DNA of 64,000 nt. Origin: Bdellovibrionales bacterium. Lineage in GTDB: Bacteria > Bdellovibrionota > Bdellovibrionia > Bdellovibrionales > CAYMLA01. Under the pieces are notes generated by a model. It did no database searches and had not been told where the DNA came from. It saw only the letters and a list, made by a program, of their open reading frames with translations. The translations under genes and the position numbers were made by a program. Positions 20,910-31,571 of this stretch are shown one piece after another; within the stretch, counting starts at the first letter, position 1; each line of letters starts with the position of its first letter. Where the stretch lies: NCBI GenBank assembly GCA_965217115.1, contig OZ244239.1, positions 1,920,001 through 1,984,000 on the forward strand, read 5' to 3'.

Positions 20910-22115
20910 GTGAATGATTTTCGTGAATTAGACCTCTTTAATCCCACAGAAGAACACACAATGTTGCGTGAAATGGTTGCGACTTTCACCCAAACGGAAG
21001 TAGAGCCGCAGGCCGAGGAATATGATCGAGAGGAAAAATTTAATCTAAAGTTATTTAGAAAACTAGGCACACTGGGTTTATTGGGAATCACCGTTCCTGA
21101 AGAGTTTGGTGGCTCAGGGATGGATGCAGTGGCGGCTGTTATTGCCCATGAAGAGATATCCTATTCTGATCCAGGGTTTTGCTTAGCCTACCTGGCCCAT
21201 GCGATGCTTTGTACAAATAACATAGCTGTTAACGCTAGTGATGAGCAAAAGAGAAAATACCTACCAAAGCTTTGTTCAGGGGAATTTATTGGCGCCATGG
21301 CAATATCTGAGCCCCATGTAGGTACGGATGTCTTGGGCATGAGCACGACGGCTGTTAAAAACACTGAGGGTTATCTTATAAATGGTGAAAAAATGTGGAT
21401 TACTAATGGGGCTGTCGATGACCAAAAGACCCTCTGTGATTGTGTGTTAGTTTATGCCAAAACAGGTGAAAAAAATGGCAGAGCATTACTCTCAACATTC
21501 ATTGTCGATAAGAGAGATTCTGGATTTTTAGTTGGACAAAAGATAAAGGGAAAACTGGGAATGCGAGGTTCCAATACGGCTGAGTTGGTTTTTCAAAACT
21601 GCAATGTTTCATCGAAGTCCATTATTGGAGAAGAAGGCGACTCTATGTTACACATGATGAAAAATCTAGAGATTGAGAGATTAACCCTGGCTGCTCAAAG
21701 TATTGGTATAGCCCGTCGTTGCATAGATGTGATGGTGAAGTACTCTAATGAGCGAATTGCTTTTGGCAAGGAGCTATCTTATTTTGGTCAGATACAAAAA
21801 TATATTGGTGAGAGTTACGCTGAGTATAAGGCGGCAAAGACCTATGTGTACAATACGGCAAGGGCCTTAAGTCTTTCAAATCATGGTCATCGTTTGGATT
21901 CGGACGGAGTAAAACTTGTTGCAACGACGATGGCTAAGAGTGTAGCTGATCGAGCGATTCAAGTTCTAGGTGGTTATGGTTACGTGTCAGAGTATGTGGT
22001 GGAAAGACTTTGGAGAGATGCTAAACTATTAGAAATCGGTGGAGGAACTTTAGAGGCTCATCAGAAAAACATCACCTATGATTTATCTAAAAGTGACTTA
22101 AAAAGTGTTCTTTGA
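20910..22115 (+). CDS. Acyl-CoA dehydrogenase (isovaleryl-CoA dehydrogenase-like)
   Basis: AISEP.VGTD, KMWITNG, KLGMRGSNT, QVLGGYGY, EIGGGT; GTG 20910 after GGAG (ORF track 20865). Confidence 0.9.
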   Translation: MNDFRELDLFNPTEEHTMLREMVATFTQTEVEPQAEEYDREEKFNLKLFRKLGTLGLLGITVPEEFGGSGMDAVAAVIAHEEISYSDPGFCLAYLAHAMLCTNNIAVNASDEQKRKYLPKLCSGEFIGAMAISEPHVGTDVLGMSTTAVKNTEGYLINGEKMWITNGAVDDQKTLCDCVLVYAKTGEKNGRALLSTFIVDKRDSGFLVGQKIKGKLGMRGSNTAELVFQNCNVSSKSIIGEEGDSMLHMMKNLEIERLTLAAQSIGIARRCIDVMVKYSNERIAFGKELSYFGQIQKYIGESYAEYKAAKTYVYNTARALSLSNHGHRLDSDGVKLVATTMAKSVADRAIQVLGGYGYVSEYVVERLWRDAKLLEIGGGTLEAHQKNITYDLSKSDLKSVL

Positions 22116-23031
22116 GGGGCCTGAAAAGAAGGTTGAAGTTATTATTAAAAAATCGTGGGGGTCTCTACGAGAAATACCTAAGAGGACTTGGAAAGATATT
22201 GTTCACAAAGCTAAGGCTTGTATCCTATCTCAAGTGAGTAACGAACATTGTGACGCTTATCTTTTGTCAGAGTCTAGTTTGTTTGTGTACAATGACCATT
22301 TTGTGATGATCACCTGTGGAACGACAACTCTGGTGGAAGCTGTTACGGAGTTTCTAAAAACAGTGCCAGTGGATAATATCGAGACTCTTATCTATGAGCG
22401 TAAGAACGAGCATTTTCCCCATTACCAGAAGTCAAATTTTTTTGAAGACATATATAAATTAGAAAAAATCTTACCAGGAAAAGCATGGCAGTTTGGTGAT
22501 GAAGACAACCATCACCTTCTATTATTCCAGATGGGCAGTTCGTATCAGCCTGAAGAGGATGATATGACCGTAGAGGTTTTAATGCATGGGATTCAAGGGG
22601 AAGCTAAAACTTTTTTTAAAGATATACATCAGTCTAAAGAAAAAATAAAAAAATTAAAAATAGCGGATATTTTTTCTGGTTTCTTGGTAGATGACCATTT
22701 GTTTGAGCCATTGGGTTATTCTTTGAATGCCATAAAAGAAAACTGGTATTACACAATTCATGTGACTCCAGAAGAACTAGGTTCCTATGTGAGCTTTGAG
22801 ACTAATTATTTTTTACAAGAAAGCTTGCACGAGATTGTCGAAAAGGTTTTAGCGATATTTCAGCCAGAATCTTGTGATGTGATTGTTTTCCATAAAGAGC
22901 AGAGAGGTGTTGAGGATTTAAAAGGTTATCGTTTACGAAGTCACATCGAAGAATATTTAGGTGGATACAGTGTTTCATTTAAGCATTTTTATCAACCACA
23001 GTTGGGGCCGAAAAGGGCATTTAGGGTTTAA
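22105..23031 (+). CDS. speD: S-adenosylmethionine decarboxylase proenzyme, eukaryote-type
   Basis: FEGPEK, YLLSESSLFV (self-cleavage site), TCGTT, GYSLN, TIHVTPE..SYVSFE. Confidence 0.88.
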   Translation: MFFEGPEKKVEVIIKKSWGSLREIPKRTWKDIVHKAKACILSQVSNEHCDAYLLSESSLFVYNDHFVMITCGTTTLVEAVTEFLKTVPVDNIETLIYERKNEHFPHYQKSNFFEDIYKLEKILPGKAWQFGDEDNHHLLLFQMGSSYQPEEDDMTVEVLMHGIQGEAKTFFKDIHQSKEKIKKLKIADIFSGFLVDDHLFEPLGYSLNAIKENWYYTIHVTPEELGSYVSFETNYFLQESLHEIVEKVLAIFQPESCDVIVFHKEQRGVEDLKGYRLRSHIEEYLGGYSVSFKHFYQPQLGPKRAFRV

Positions 23032-23080
23032 TCTTCTATTAAAAATAAAAAAGGCCTCGATCTTAACGATCGAAGCCTAA
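23025..23080 (-). terminator. Rho-independent terminator block, copy 1 (duplicated at 25747-25802)
   Basis: Minus strand AGGCTTCGATC-GTTAA-GATCGAGGCCT followed by a T-tract. Confidence 0.8.
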
Positions 23081-23110
23081 GAAGATTATTTAAACAAGAC
23101 CAATGGGAAC

Positions 23111-23482
23111 CTACCAGTCTCCAAATTTTTTATCGATGGCGTCACCAATAAGATCTCCAAGACCACTGTCGGTGCCTTCCTGCTCACAAACCATGTAGTC
23201 TTCATTATTTTTAAGTCTACGACAGACATTAGCATCAGATTTACTCCAGAAATCCACATGACCGCTGCATGCAGACGCCGCTTTGGATCTAGCTACAGCT
23301 AAAGTTTTGCCCTTACCTTCATAGTAGGATCTTCGACCAAAAGTATTAATTGGAGGATCATAGTGGCAGACCCACTCTCCTTCATCACCATCTATAAGTT
23401 TACCAAAAACATCTCCTAGTTTGTTAGCAAAAACGCTTCCTGATACCAAAAGAACACTTAATACGATTAATGCTTTTTTCAT
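23111..23482 (-). CDS. Small secreted Cys-containing hypothetical protein
   Basis: Signal peptide MKKALIVLSVLLVSGSVFA, 4 Cys, GGAGG RBS. Confidence 0.8.
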   Translation of the reverse strand: MKKALIVLSVLLVSGSVFANKLGDVFGKLIDGDEGEWVCHYDPPINTFGRRSYYEGKGKTLAVARSKAASACSGHVDFWSKSDANVCRRLKNNEDYMVCEQEGTDSGLGDLIGDAIDKKFGDW

Positions 23483-23726
23483 TTACATGCCTCCCATGTT
23501 TTTTTATAAGTTAAGCCAAGGGTTGTAGTCTAAAAAAAATTTTGAGCCAAGTTATTCTGGTTATTCTGGAGGCTTTGAATTTTTTACAAAAAACGGGGTG
23601 TACATACCTCCATGTCTTCTCTATGATGGGAAGCAAATTGAAGGGCCATTTTTTTAATGCACTTTATTAGAGAACTAACCTAAGGTAGAACGTCAATGAT
23701 TTCTTTGTTTAATAGAGGTTTGATTT

Positions 23727-24629
23727 ATGGATAATGAGAATGAAATGCTTTATCGACATGCCGATATGTGGGTGACAGAGAAGTACAAAGATCTCTTGAG
23801 AATATCCTACCGTATTAAGAAAACTTTATATTCTGAGCGAAGTGATTTTCAACAAATAGATATGGTAGACACTTTGGGATATGGTAAAATGTTACTCAAT
23901 GATGGGCTGGTTATGGTGACAGAGCGTGATGAATTTGCCTATCACGACATGATAGCACATGTGCCTTTATTTGTGCATCCCGATCCTAAAAAGGTTCTGG
24001 TGATTGGTGGAGGTGATGGCGGAACGATTCGTGAAGTTTTGCGCCATAAGAGTGTCGAGAAAGCTTGTTTAATCGAAATAGACCCTTGCGTCTTAGAGGC
24101 CTGTGAAAAACATATACCGCAGATGGCTAGTGCCTTAAAAGATAAACGATGCGTGGTTCGAGTAGAGGATGGGGTTAAGTTTGTCTCTGAGACAAAGGAT
24201 AGGTTTGATGTTATTATTATAGATTCAACCGATCCTATTGGACCAGCAACACCCTTGTTCGGCGAAGAGTTCTATAAAAACGTGAAGGGAATTCTTAAAG
24301 ATAAAAATGGCATTGTTGTCTCTCAGGGAGAATCACCTTTTTATGGTGTTGTAGAACAGAAATCCTTATTAAAGGTCTTGAAGACACAGTTTGAGAGAGT
24401 TCATATGTATAATTTTTCTAATATGACTTATCCAGGGGGGTTGTGGTCCTTTACATTTTCCTCTGATGCCATTTGTCCTATTGCTGATTTTAAGAGAGAG
24501 CGAGTGAAGTTATCTAAAATGGAGTTTCAATACTATAATGCAGATATTCACAAAGGGGCATTTTTTCTACCACAATTTCAGAGAGAAAACTTTAAGGGTA
24601 TTTTGTCAGATCTACCAGGGGAATTTTAA
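23727..24629 (+). CDS. speE: Polyamine aminopropyltransferase (spermidine synthase)
   Basis: DEFAYHDM, VLVIGGGDGG, EID, DVIIIDSTDP, TYPGG.W. Confidence 0.95.
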   Translation: MDNENEMLYRHADMWVTEKYKDLLRISYRIKKTLYSERSDFQQIDMVDTLGYGKMLLNDGLVMVTERDEFAYHDMIAHVPLFVHPDPKKVLVIGGGDGGTIREVLRHKSVEKACLIEIDPCVLEACEKHIPQMASALKDKRCVVRVEDGVKFVSETKDRFDVIIIDSTDPIGPATPLFGEEFYKNVKGILKDKNGIVVSQGESPFYGVVEQKSLLKVLKTQFERVHMYNFSNMTYPGGLWSFTFSSDAICPIADFKRERVKLSKMEFQYYNADIHKGAFFLPQFQRENFKGILSDLPGEF

Positions 24630-25325
24630 TTGGCGAATCTTCGTTTTCCCTATAGCGATCCTCTAAAATATCAAGGGTATAGTTTTAGTGTAGATAAGGT
24701 GTTGTCCACTGTTGGCGAGATGCTCACGCAAGAGCGTCGACAGAAAATCACCGAAATCGTAGAGGACCGTACCTACAATGTGTGCCTTGTTCTAGATCAG
24801 ATTTATGACAGGGGAAATGCCAGTGCAGTTATGCGTTCGGCGGAAGCGATGGGGTATCAAACGATTCATGTGATTGAAACAGATGAAAAATTTAAGGAAG
24901 CCAATCGCGTGACTCAAGGAGCTGATAAGTGGCTTCATATTGAAAGGTGGAAGACCCCTATGGGTTGTGTTCAGCGTTTGAAAGCAGAGGGGTATCAAAT
25001 TTGCGCGACAAGCCTGGAGGCGAGTGTACCTATATCAGAGGTTGACTTCACTCAACCGACAGCGTTGGTTCTGGGTAACGAAAAAGAGGGAGTGTGTCAG
25101 GAGATATTAACTCATTCTGATGTTAATGTGATTTTGCCAATGCAAGGCTTTGTTCAGAGTTACAATATTTCGGTTGCAGGAGCTTTATGTTGTTATCATA
25201 TATATCAAGATCGTGTGAGACGTCAGGGCTTCCATGGGGACTTAAGTTCTCAAGAAAAGGAAATATTAAAAGCCCATTATTTTTTACGTTCTCAACCATT
25301 AGGGGTTGATGTTTTAAATCTATAG
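24630..25325 (+). CDS. trmH: tRNA (guanosine-2'-O)-methyltransferase, SpoU/TrmH family
   Basis: [32 protein letters not shown]. Confidence 0.85.
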   Translation: MANLRFPYSDPLKYQGYSFSVDKVLSTVGEMLTQERRQKITEIVEDRTYNVCLVLDQIYDRGNASAVMRSAEAMGYQTIHVIETDEKFKEANRVTQGADKWLHIERWKTPMGCVQRLKAEGYQICATSLEASVPISEVDFTQPTALVLGNEKEGVCQEILTHSDVNVILPMQGFVQSYNISVAGALCCYHIYQDRVRRQGFHGDLSSQEKEILKAHYFLRSQPLGVDVLNL

Positions 25326-25333
25326 GAGTTTTT

Positions 25334-25723
25334 ATGTCTAAAGAGAGTCAAGAAGCAAATAAATATGGAACGGAAATAATTAAAAATAATAGATTGGAGG
25401 CCTTTGAGAATAGGACCCAGGTTCGTCGGTACACGGTTGATTTTAATTGTCCTGAGTTTACGTGTCTTTGTCCAATATCAGGCTTTCCAGATTTTGCAAC
25501 AATCAATATATCTTATGTTCCTGACAAGCAATGCGTGGAGTTGAAATCGTTAAAACTTTATCTTAATAGTTTTAGAGATAAAAATATTTACCACGAGGAT
25601 GTAACAAATATTATCCTACAGGATTTAATAGATCTACTGGACCCTTGGGAGGTTAAGGTAGAGGGAGACTTTAATGTGCGTGGTAATATTAAAACTGTTG
25701 TTACGGCATCCCATGCAAAATAA
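25334..25723 (+). CDS. queF: preQ0 reductase (7-cyano-7-deazaguanine reductase)
   Basis: [28 protein letters not shown]. Confidence 0.95.
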   Translation: MSKESQEANKYGTEIIKNNRLEAFENRTQVRRYTVDFNCPEFTCLCPISGFPDFATINISYVPDKQCVELKSLKLYLNSFRDKNIYHEDVTNIILQDLIDLLDPWEVKVEGDFNVRGNIKTVVTASHAK

Positions 25724-25746
25724 ATGCACTCACTTTAGAGGGGAGC

Positions 25747-25802
25747 GGTTTAATCTTCTATTAAAAACAAAAAAGGCCTCGATCTTAATAATCGAAGCCT
25801 AA
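25747..25802 (-). terminator. Rho-independent terminator block, copy 2
   Basis: 53 of 56 nt identical to 23025-23080 by manual alignment. Confidence 0.8.
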
Positions 25803-25843
25803 AGACATTAAATCAGTCAGTGTGACCTTGAGAAACTAAAATA

Positions 25844-26290
25844 TTAGTCGTCTTCATTTTTAAGGATGAGTTTTACATATTTAGTCGATATTGCAACCCC
25901 CTCACTATGAAGACAGATATAGTGTTTTCCATCAGAAGGCAGTATGGTGACAGCTTTGTCTTGATCAATGATGAGATCATCGGCTTGATCTTGCTCCTCA
26001 TACTGCAAAATATTAAGTTCGTTGTCGCTATCACACGGGCCTTCAATATTATTCTTCTGATTGTAAGTGCATTCGTCAACTGCAGAGTAGAGAGAATAGC
26101 CTCGTAGAAACGCAACTTTTTTATCATTCACTTTCTTTATGAGAAGAGTGCAATAATTCTTCTTATAACCCGGCGGTTCGTCTGGATTGCTTGAATCAGT
26201 CGCAGAGGAGCCTCCTCCTGAACAATGGGTAAGAAAAACTGTGAGACCTATGTATAGGATCGTTTTTGTTAAATAACTTGTCGCTTTCAC
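25844..26290 (-). CDS. Hypothetical lipoprotein
   Basis: Lipobox-like LTHC followed by SGGGSS linker; AGGAG RBS. Confidence 0.75.
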   Translation of the reverse strand: MKATSYLTKTILYIGLTVFLTHCSGGGSSATDSSNPDEPPGYKKNYCTLLIKKVNDKKVAFLRGYSLYSAVDECTYNQKNNIEGPCDSDNELNILQYEEQDQADDLIIDQDKAVTILPSDGKHYICLHSEGVAISTKYVKLILKNEDD

Positions 26291-26336
26291 TGTATTAAAC
26301 TCCTTAGTCGAAATCCCAGTCGTTGAGACTTATAAA

Positions 26337-26353
26337 AGCAAAGAGTGTACCAA
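26337..26353 (-). promoter_or_regulatory. Putative sigma54 promoter of the lipoprotein gene
   Basis: Minus strand TTGGTACACTCTTTGCT = GG-N10-GC, about 47 bp upstream of the start. Confidence 0.55.
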
Positions 26354-26639
26354 GTGAAAATGGACCTAAGGCTAAGAAAGTCTGGTTTTTTGTTTAAAGA
26401 CTCTCAGGTGTATAAAAGATATTTGTTTTTCTTAAGATTTCAGGAGTTATTCCCGTTGTTTTTCCATATAACTGGCTTCCTTTAATGGGCAACCCTATGA
26501 TTAGAGAGTGCCTGTCGTTTAGATCTGCGACGAAAGTCTCGTTAATTTTGAAAAAAACCTGGGCAAACTGTAATTTTTTGTCGATTTATTGCACTTACTT
26601 GGGTAGAGACTAAATATAATTAAAAACAAGGGAGATATC

Positions 26640-29098
<2,459 letters not shown>

Positions 29099-29130
29099 TT
29101 AGATGAATAGGCAAGATGTCGTTCGGAGAT

Positions 29131-30126
29131 TCATGCTATGTCGCAATGGGCAATTGATGATGAATGTCTTCGGTACCATTGCCTGTCAGGAGGGAGAAGA
29201 TCATCTAAGGATTCGTTGTTGAAGTGGGCTTCAACTTTGTTAAGGGATTCTAAAGAAGATTTTCTGAGTGCTTCGTTCGTTGTCACTCCTAGATGGGGTG
29301 AGAGGATGACATTGTCACAATGGAGTAGGGGGTGACCGAGAGGGAGAGGTTCCTGTTCAAACACATCTAAACAAGCACCTGCTATGATTTTTTTTTGCAG
29401 AGCTTCTACGAGGTGACCTTCGTGAACGGTAGAACCACGGCAAGCATTTATGAGAAGACACCGTGGGGGCATCTTAATTAAATTATTCTTATTTATCATG
29501 TGATGCGTTTCCTGGGTGAGGGGAACGTGAAGGGTGACGACATCAGAGTTTCTAAGCAGATCATCTAACTGTGAATAGCGCGTGTAGTTTAAGTTTTCCC
29601 CGTTCACATATGGGTCATGGTATTGAATTTGGCAGCCATAAGCTTTGAGTATACGGGCCACGTGCTGCCCGATGCGGCCCATGCCGACAACACCTATTTT
29701 TTTTCCTTCTAATTCAGAGCCTATTAACTGTGAGCGATCCCAGTGGGCTGAGTGAATTTGTTTCGTCGCTTGGAATATTTTTTTAAAGAAACAATGGAGT
29801 AATAACAAGGTGAGCTCTGCAGTGCTGGCAATATGAGCATTGGGCGTGTGCGCAGTGGCGATGTTAGATTTTCGTGTTGCATCTAAATCAATGTGATCAA
29901 AACCACTAGTGGCCGTAATAATAAGTTCTAGATGGGGGCAGAGTTTTAAAAAATCGGTTGTGATTTTTGTTTGTGAACGAATGATAATGGCGTTTGCAGT
30001 TTGCAATTGCCGTTGAATTTCTTTTTCTGTTGGCCCAGCGATTTCGATATCAAAGGGCCAGGGCTTCTCTTTAAGGAGTGTTTTATCAAAGCGGCCAATA
30101 ATAAGAGTTTTTGGTTGATTTTCCAT
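29131..30126 (-). CDS. D-isomer-specific 2-hydroxyacid dehydrogenase (SerA-like, no ACT domain)
   Basis: GMGRIG, LHVPLT.ET, INACRG, LDVFEQEP, SPHLG. Confidence 0.88.
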   Translation of the reverse strand: MENQPKTLIIGRFDKTLLKEKPWPFDIEIAGPTEKEIQRQLQTANAIIIRSQTKITTDFLKLCPHLELIITATSGFDHIDLDATRKSNIATAHTPNAHIASTAELTLLLLHCFFKKIFQATKQIHSAHWDRSQLIGSELEGKKIGVVGMGRIGQHVARILKAYGCQIQYHDPYVNGENLNYTRYSQLDDLLRNSDVVTLHVPLTQETHHMINKNNLIKMPPRCLLINACRGSTVHEGHLVEALQKKIIAGACLDVFEQEPLPLGHPLLHCDNVILSPHLGVTTNEALRKSSLESLNKVEAHFNNESLDDLLPPDRQWYRRHSSSIAHCDIA

Positions 30127-30132
30127 GGGTGC

Positions 30133-31275
30133 TTATTCGTACTGGCTTAGAGGTTTAAGGGTTAAGAGCGATTTTTCTAATTGATTCTCAGTGATACTAG
30201 GGATTGTTTTTTGTAGGGCGATAAACAAGAGTTCGTAATTTTTTTTAGTAATATATCCCATGTGTCCAATACGTAGAATTTTACCCTTTAACTGGTCTTG
30301 TCCTCCCATGGTAGTCATGTCATGAATTTGTTCTAATTGGGAACGAACAGTCTGGCTGTCTATGGAGCCTTCGGGAAGTTCAACGGCAGTTAAAGAGGGG
30401 CTTGGGTGAAGGGGGAAAATTTTAAACCCCATTTCTAAAAGTCCTTGGCGCACACACTGAGCTCTTAGGGAGACTTTATTAAGATGTTGTTTCAGAGATG
30501 GAGTTAATAGCTCCTGTAAAGCGGAATGTAGGCTTCTTATTAAAGTAACAGGAGAGCTAAAGTGAGTTTGTCTCTTCTTGTAAGATTTAAACTCAGCTTC
30601 GAGGTCCCAATAAAATTTAGGGCAGGAGGATTTTCGTGACGCTTGCCATGCTTTTTCTGAAAGGCAGATGAAGGAAAGCCCTGTCGGAAGCATGAAAGCT
30701 TTTTGTGAACCGGCAATTAAAACATCAATACCCCATTTATCAAATGGGAGATCATAGGCGCCGACAGCTGTGATACCATCGACAATGAAGAGGGTTGATT
30801 GATATTGATGCTGTAAAATTTGACCGATGTCTTTGATTGGATGAATAGCTCCTGTGCTTGTTTCGCAAGCTTGTGTGATGACGGCACGACACTGAGGATT
30901 TTCCTTAAGGAGGGATTTTATTTTCTCAATCTCTGCGCTCTCTCCCCAGGAAACAGCATAGGGGATGACTTCAACTCCGTAGGCTTGACATATCTGTGAC
31001 CAGCGTTGTCCAAACTTACCTGACTCAATAACGATGACTTGTTCTTTAGGTGATAGGGTATTAACTATGGCGGCTTCCATAGCTCCACTTCCAGTTGAAC
31101 ATAAAGTGAGAACGGGCTGTTCGGTTTGGAAAACCTTCTTGAGATTTTGTGCAACATTTTGAAAAATCTCTTCAAACTCTGGAGTGCGATGATGAATTAT
31201 TGGCTGAGATAAGGTCTCTAGAATTTTTGGTGAACAGGGAACTGGGCCTGGTGTGAGGAGATTTTTGTGACTCAT
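30133..31275 (-). CDS. Class V PLP aminotransferase (serine-pyruvate/alanine-glyoxylate type)
   Basis: LLTPGP, GSGAMEAA, ETSTG, GSQKAFMLPTG, RIGHMG; start set at MSHKN (31275). Confidence 0.9.
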   Translation of the reverse strand: MSHKNLLTPGPVPCSPKILETLSQPIIHHRTPEFEEIFQNVAQNLKKVFQTEQPVLTLCSTGSGAMEAAIVNTLSPKEQVIVIESGKFGQRWSQICQAYGVEVIPYAVSWGESAEIEKIKSLLKENPQCRAVITQACETSTGAIHPIKDIGQILQHQYQSTLFIVDGITAVGAYDLPFDKWGIDVLIAGSQKAFMLPTGLSFICLSEKAWQASRKSSCPKFYWDLEAEFKSYKKRQTHFSSPVTLIRSLHSALQELLTPSLKQHLNKVSLRAQCVRQGLLEMGFKIFPLHPSPSLTAVELPEGSIDSQTVRSQLEQIHDMTTMGGQDQLKGKILRIGHMGYITKKNYELLFIALQKTIPSITENQLEKSLLTLKPLSQYE

Positions 31276-31319
31276 TATCCCATTCTCATTGTTAGAGGAA
31301 AAGACGTCAAGTAGAGATG

Positions 31320-31492
31320 GTCCCATTTCCACGTCCAACACGCTCTATAGAGTTCTTTTATGGGGTCTTCCATCTTTAGTTCATATCAGACAATGACTGG
31401 ACTAATGTCGATAGCCAAGTCTAAAAATAGGCCCCATGTTCTCTATAGAGCAAGGGGTGTGCTCGACTCTTCTGAAACATACTGCGATGGGC
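31320..31492. ncRNA. Candidate ~170-nt rod-like structured RNA or leader (unclassified)
   Basis: Nested complementary blocks CCCAT/ATGGG, GCTCTATAGAG/CTCTATAGAGC, ATGGGGTCT/AGGCCCCAT, TTTAG/CTAAA, TATCAGACA/TGTCGATA. Confidence 0.4.
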
Positions 31493-31571
31493 ATAGGCAA
31501 AATATTTTTCTTTAAAACACTCTGTCAGTTAGAGTAGTATATTGCATGTTTTGTGAAAAAAGGAGTTTTTA

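Noticed and set aside
31276..31341. N-terminal extension of the class V aminotransferase in the ORF track
   Set aside because: Family similarity begins at MSHKNLLTPGP; the extension runs into the structured intergenic region.
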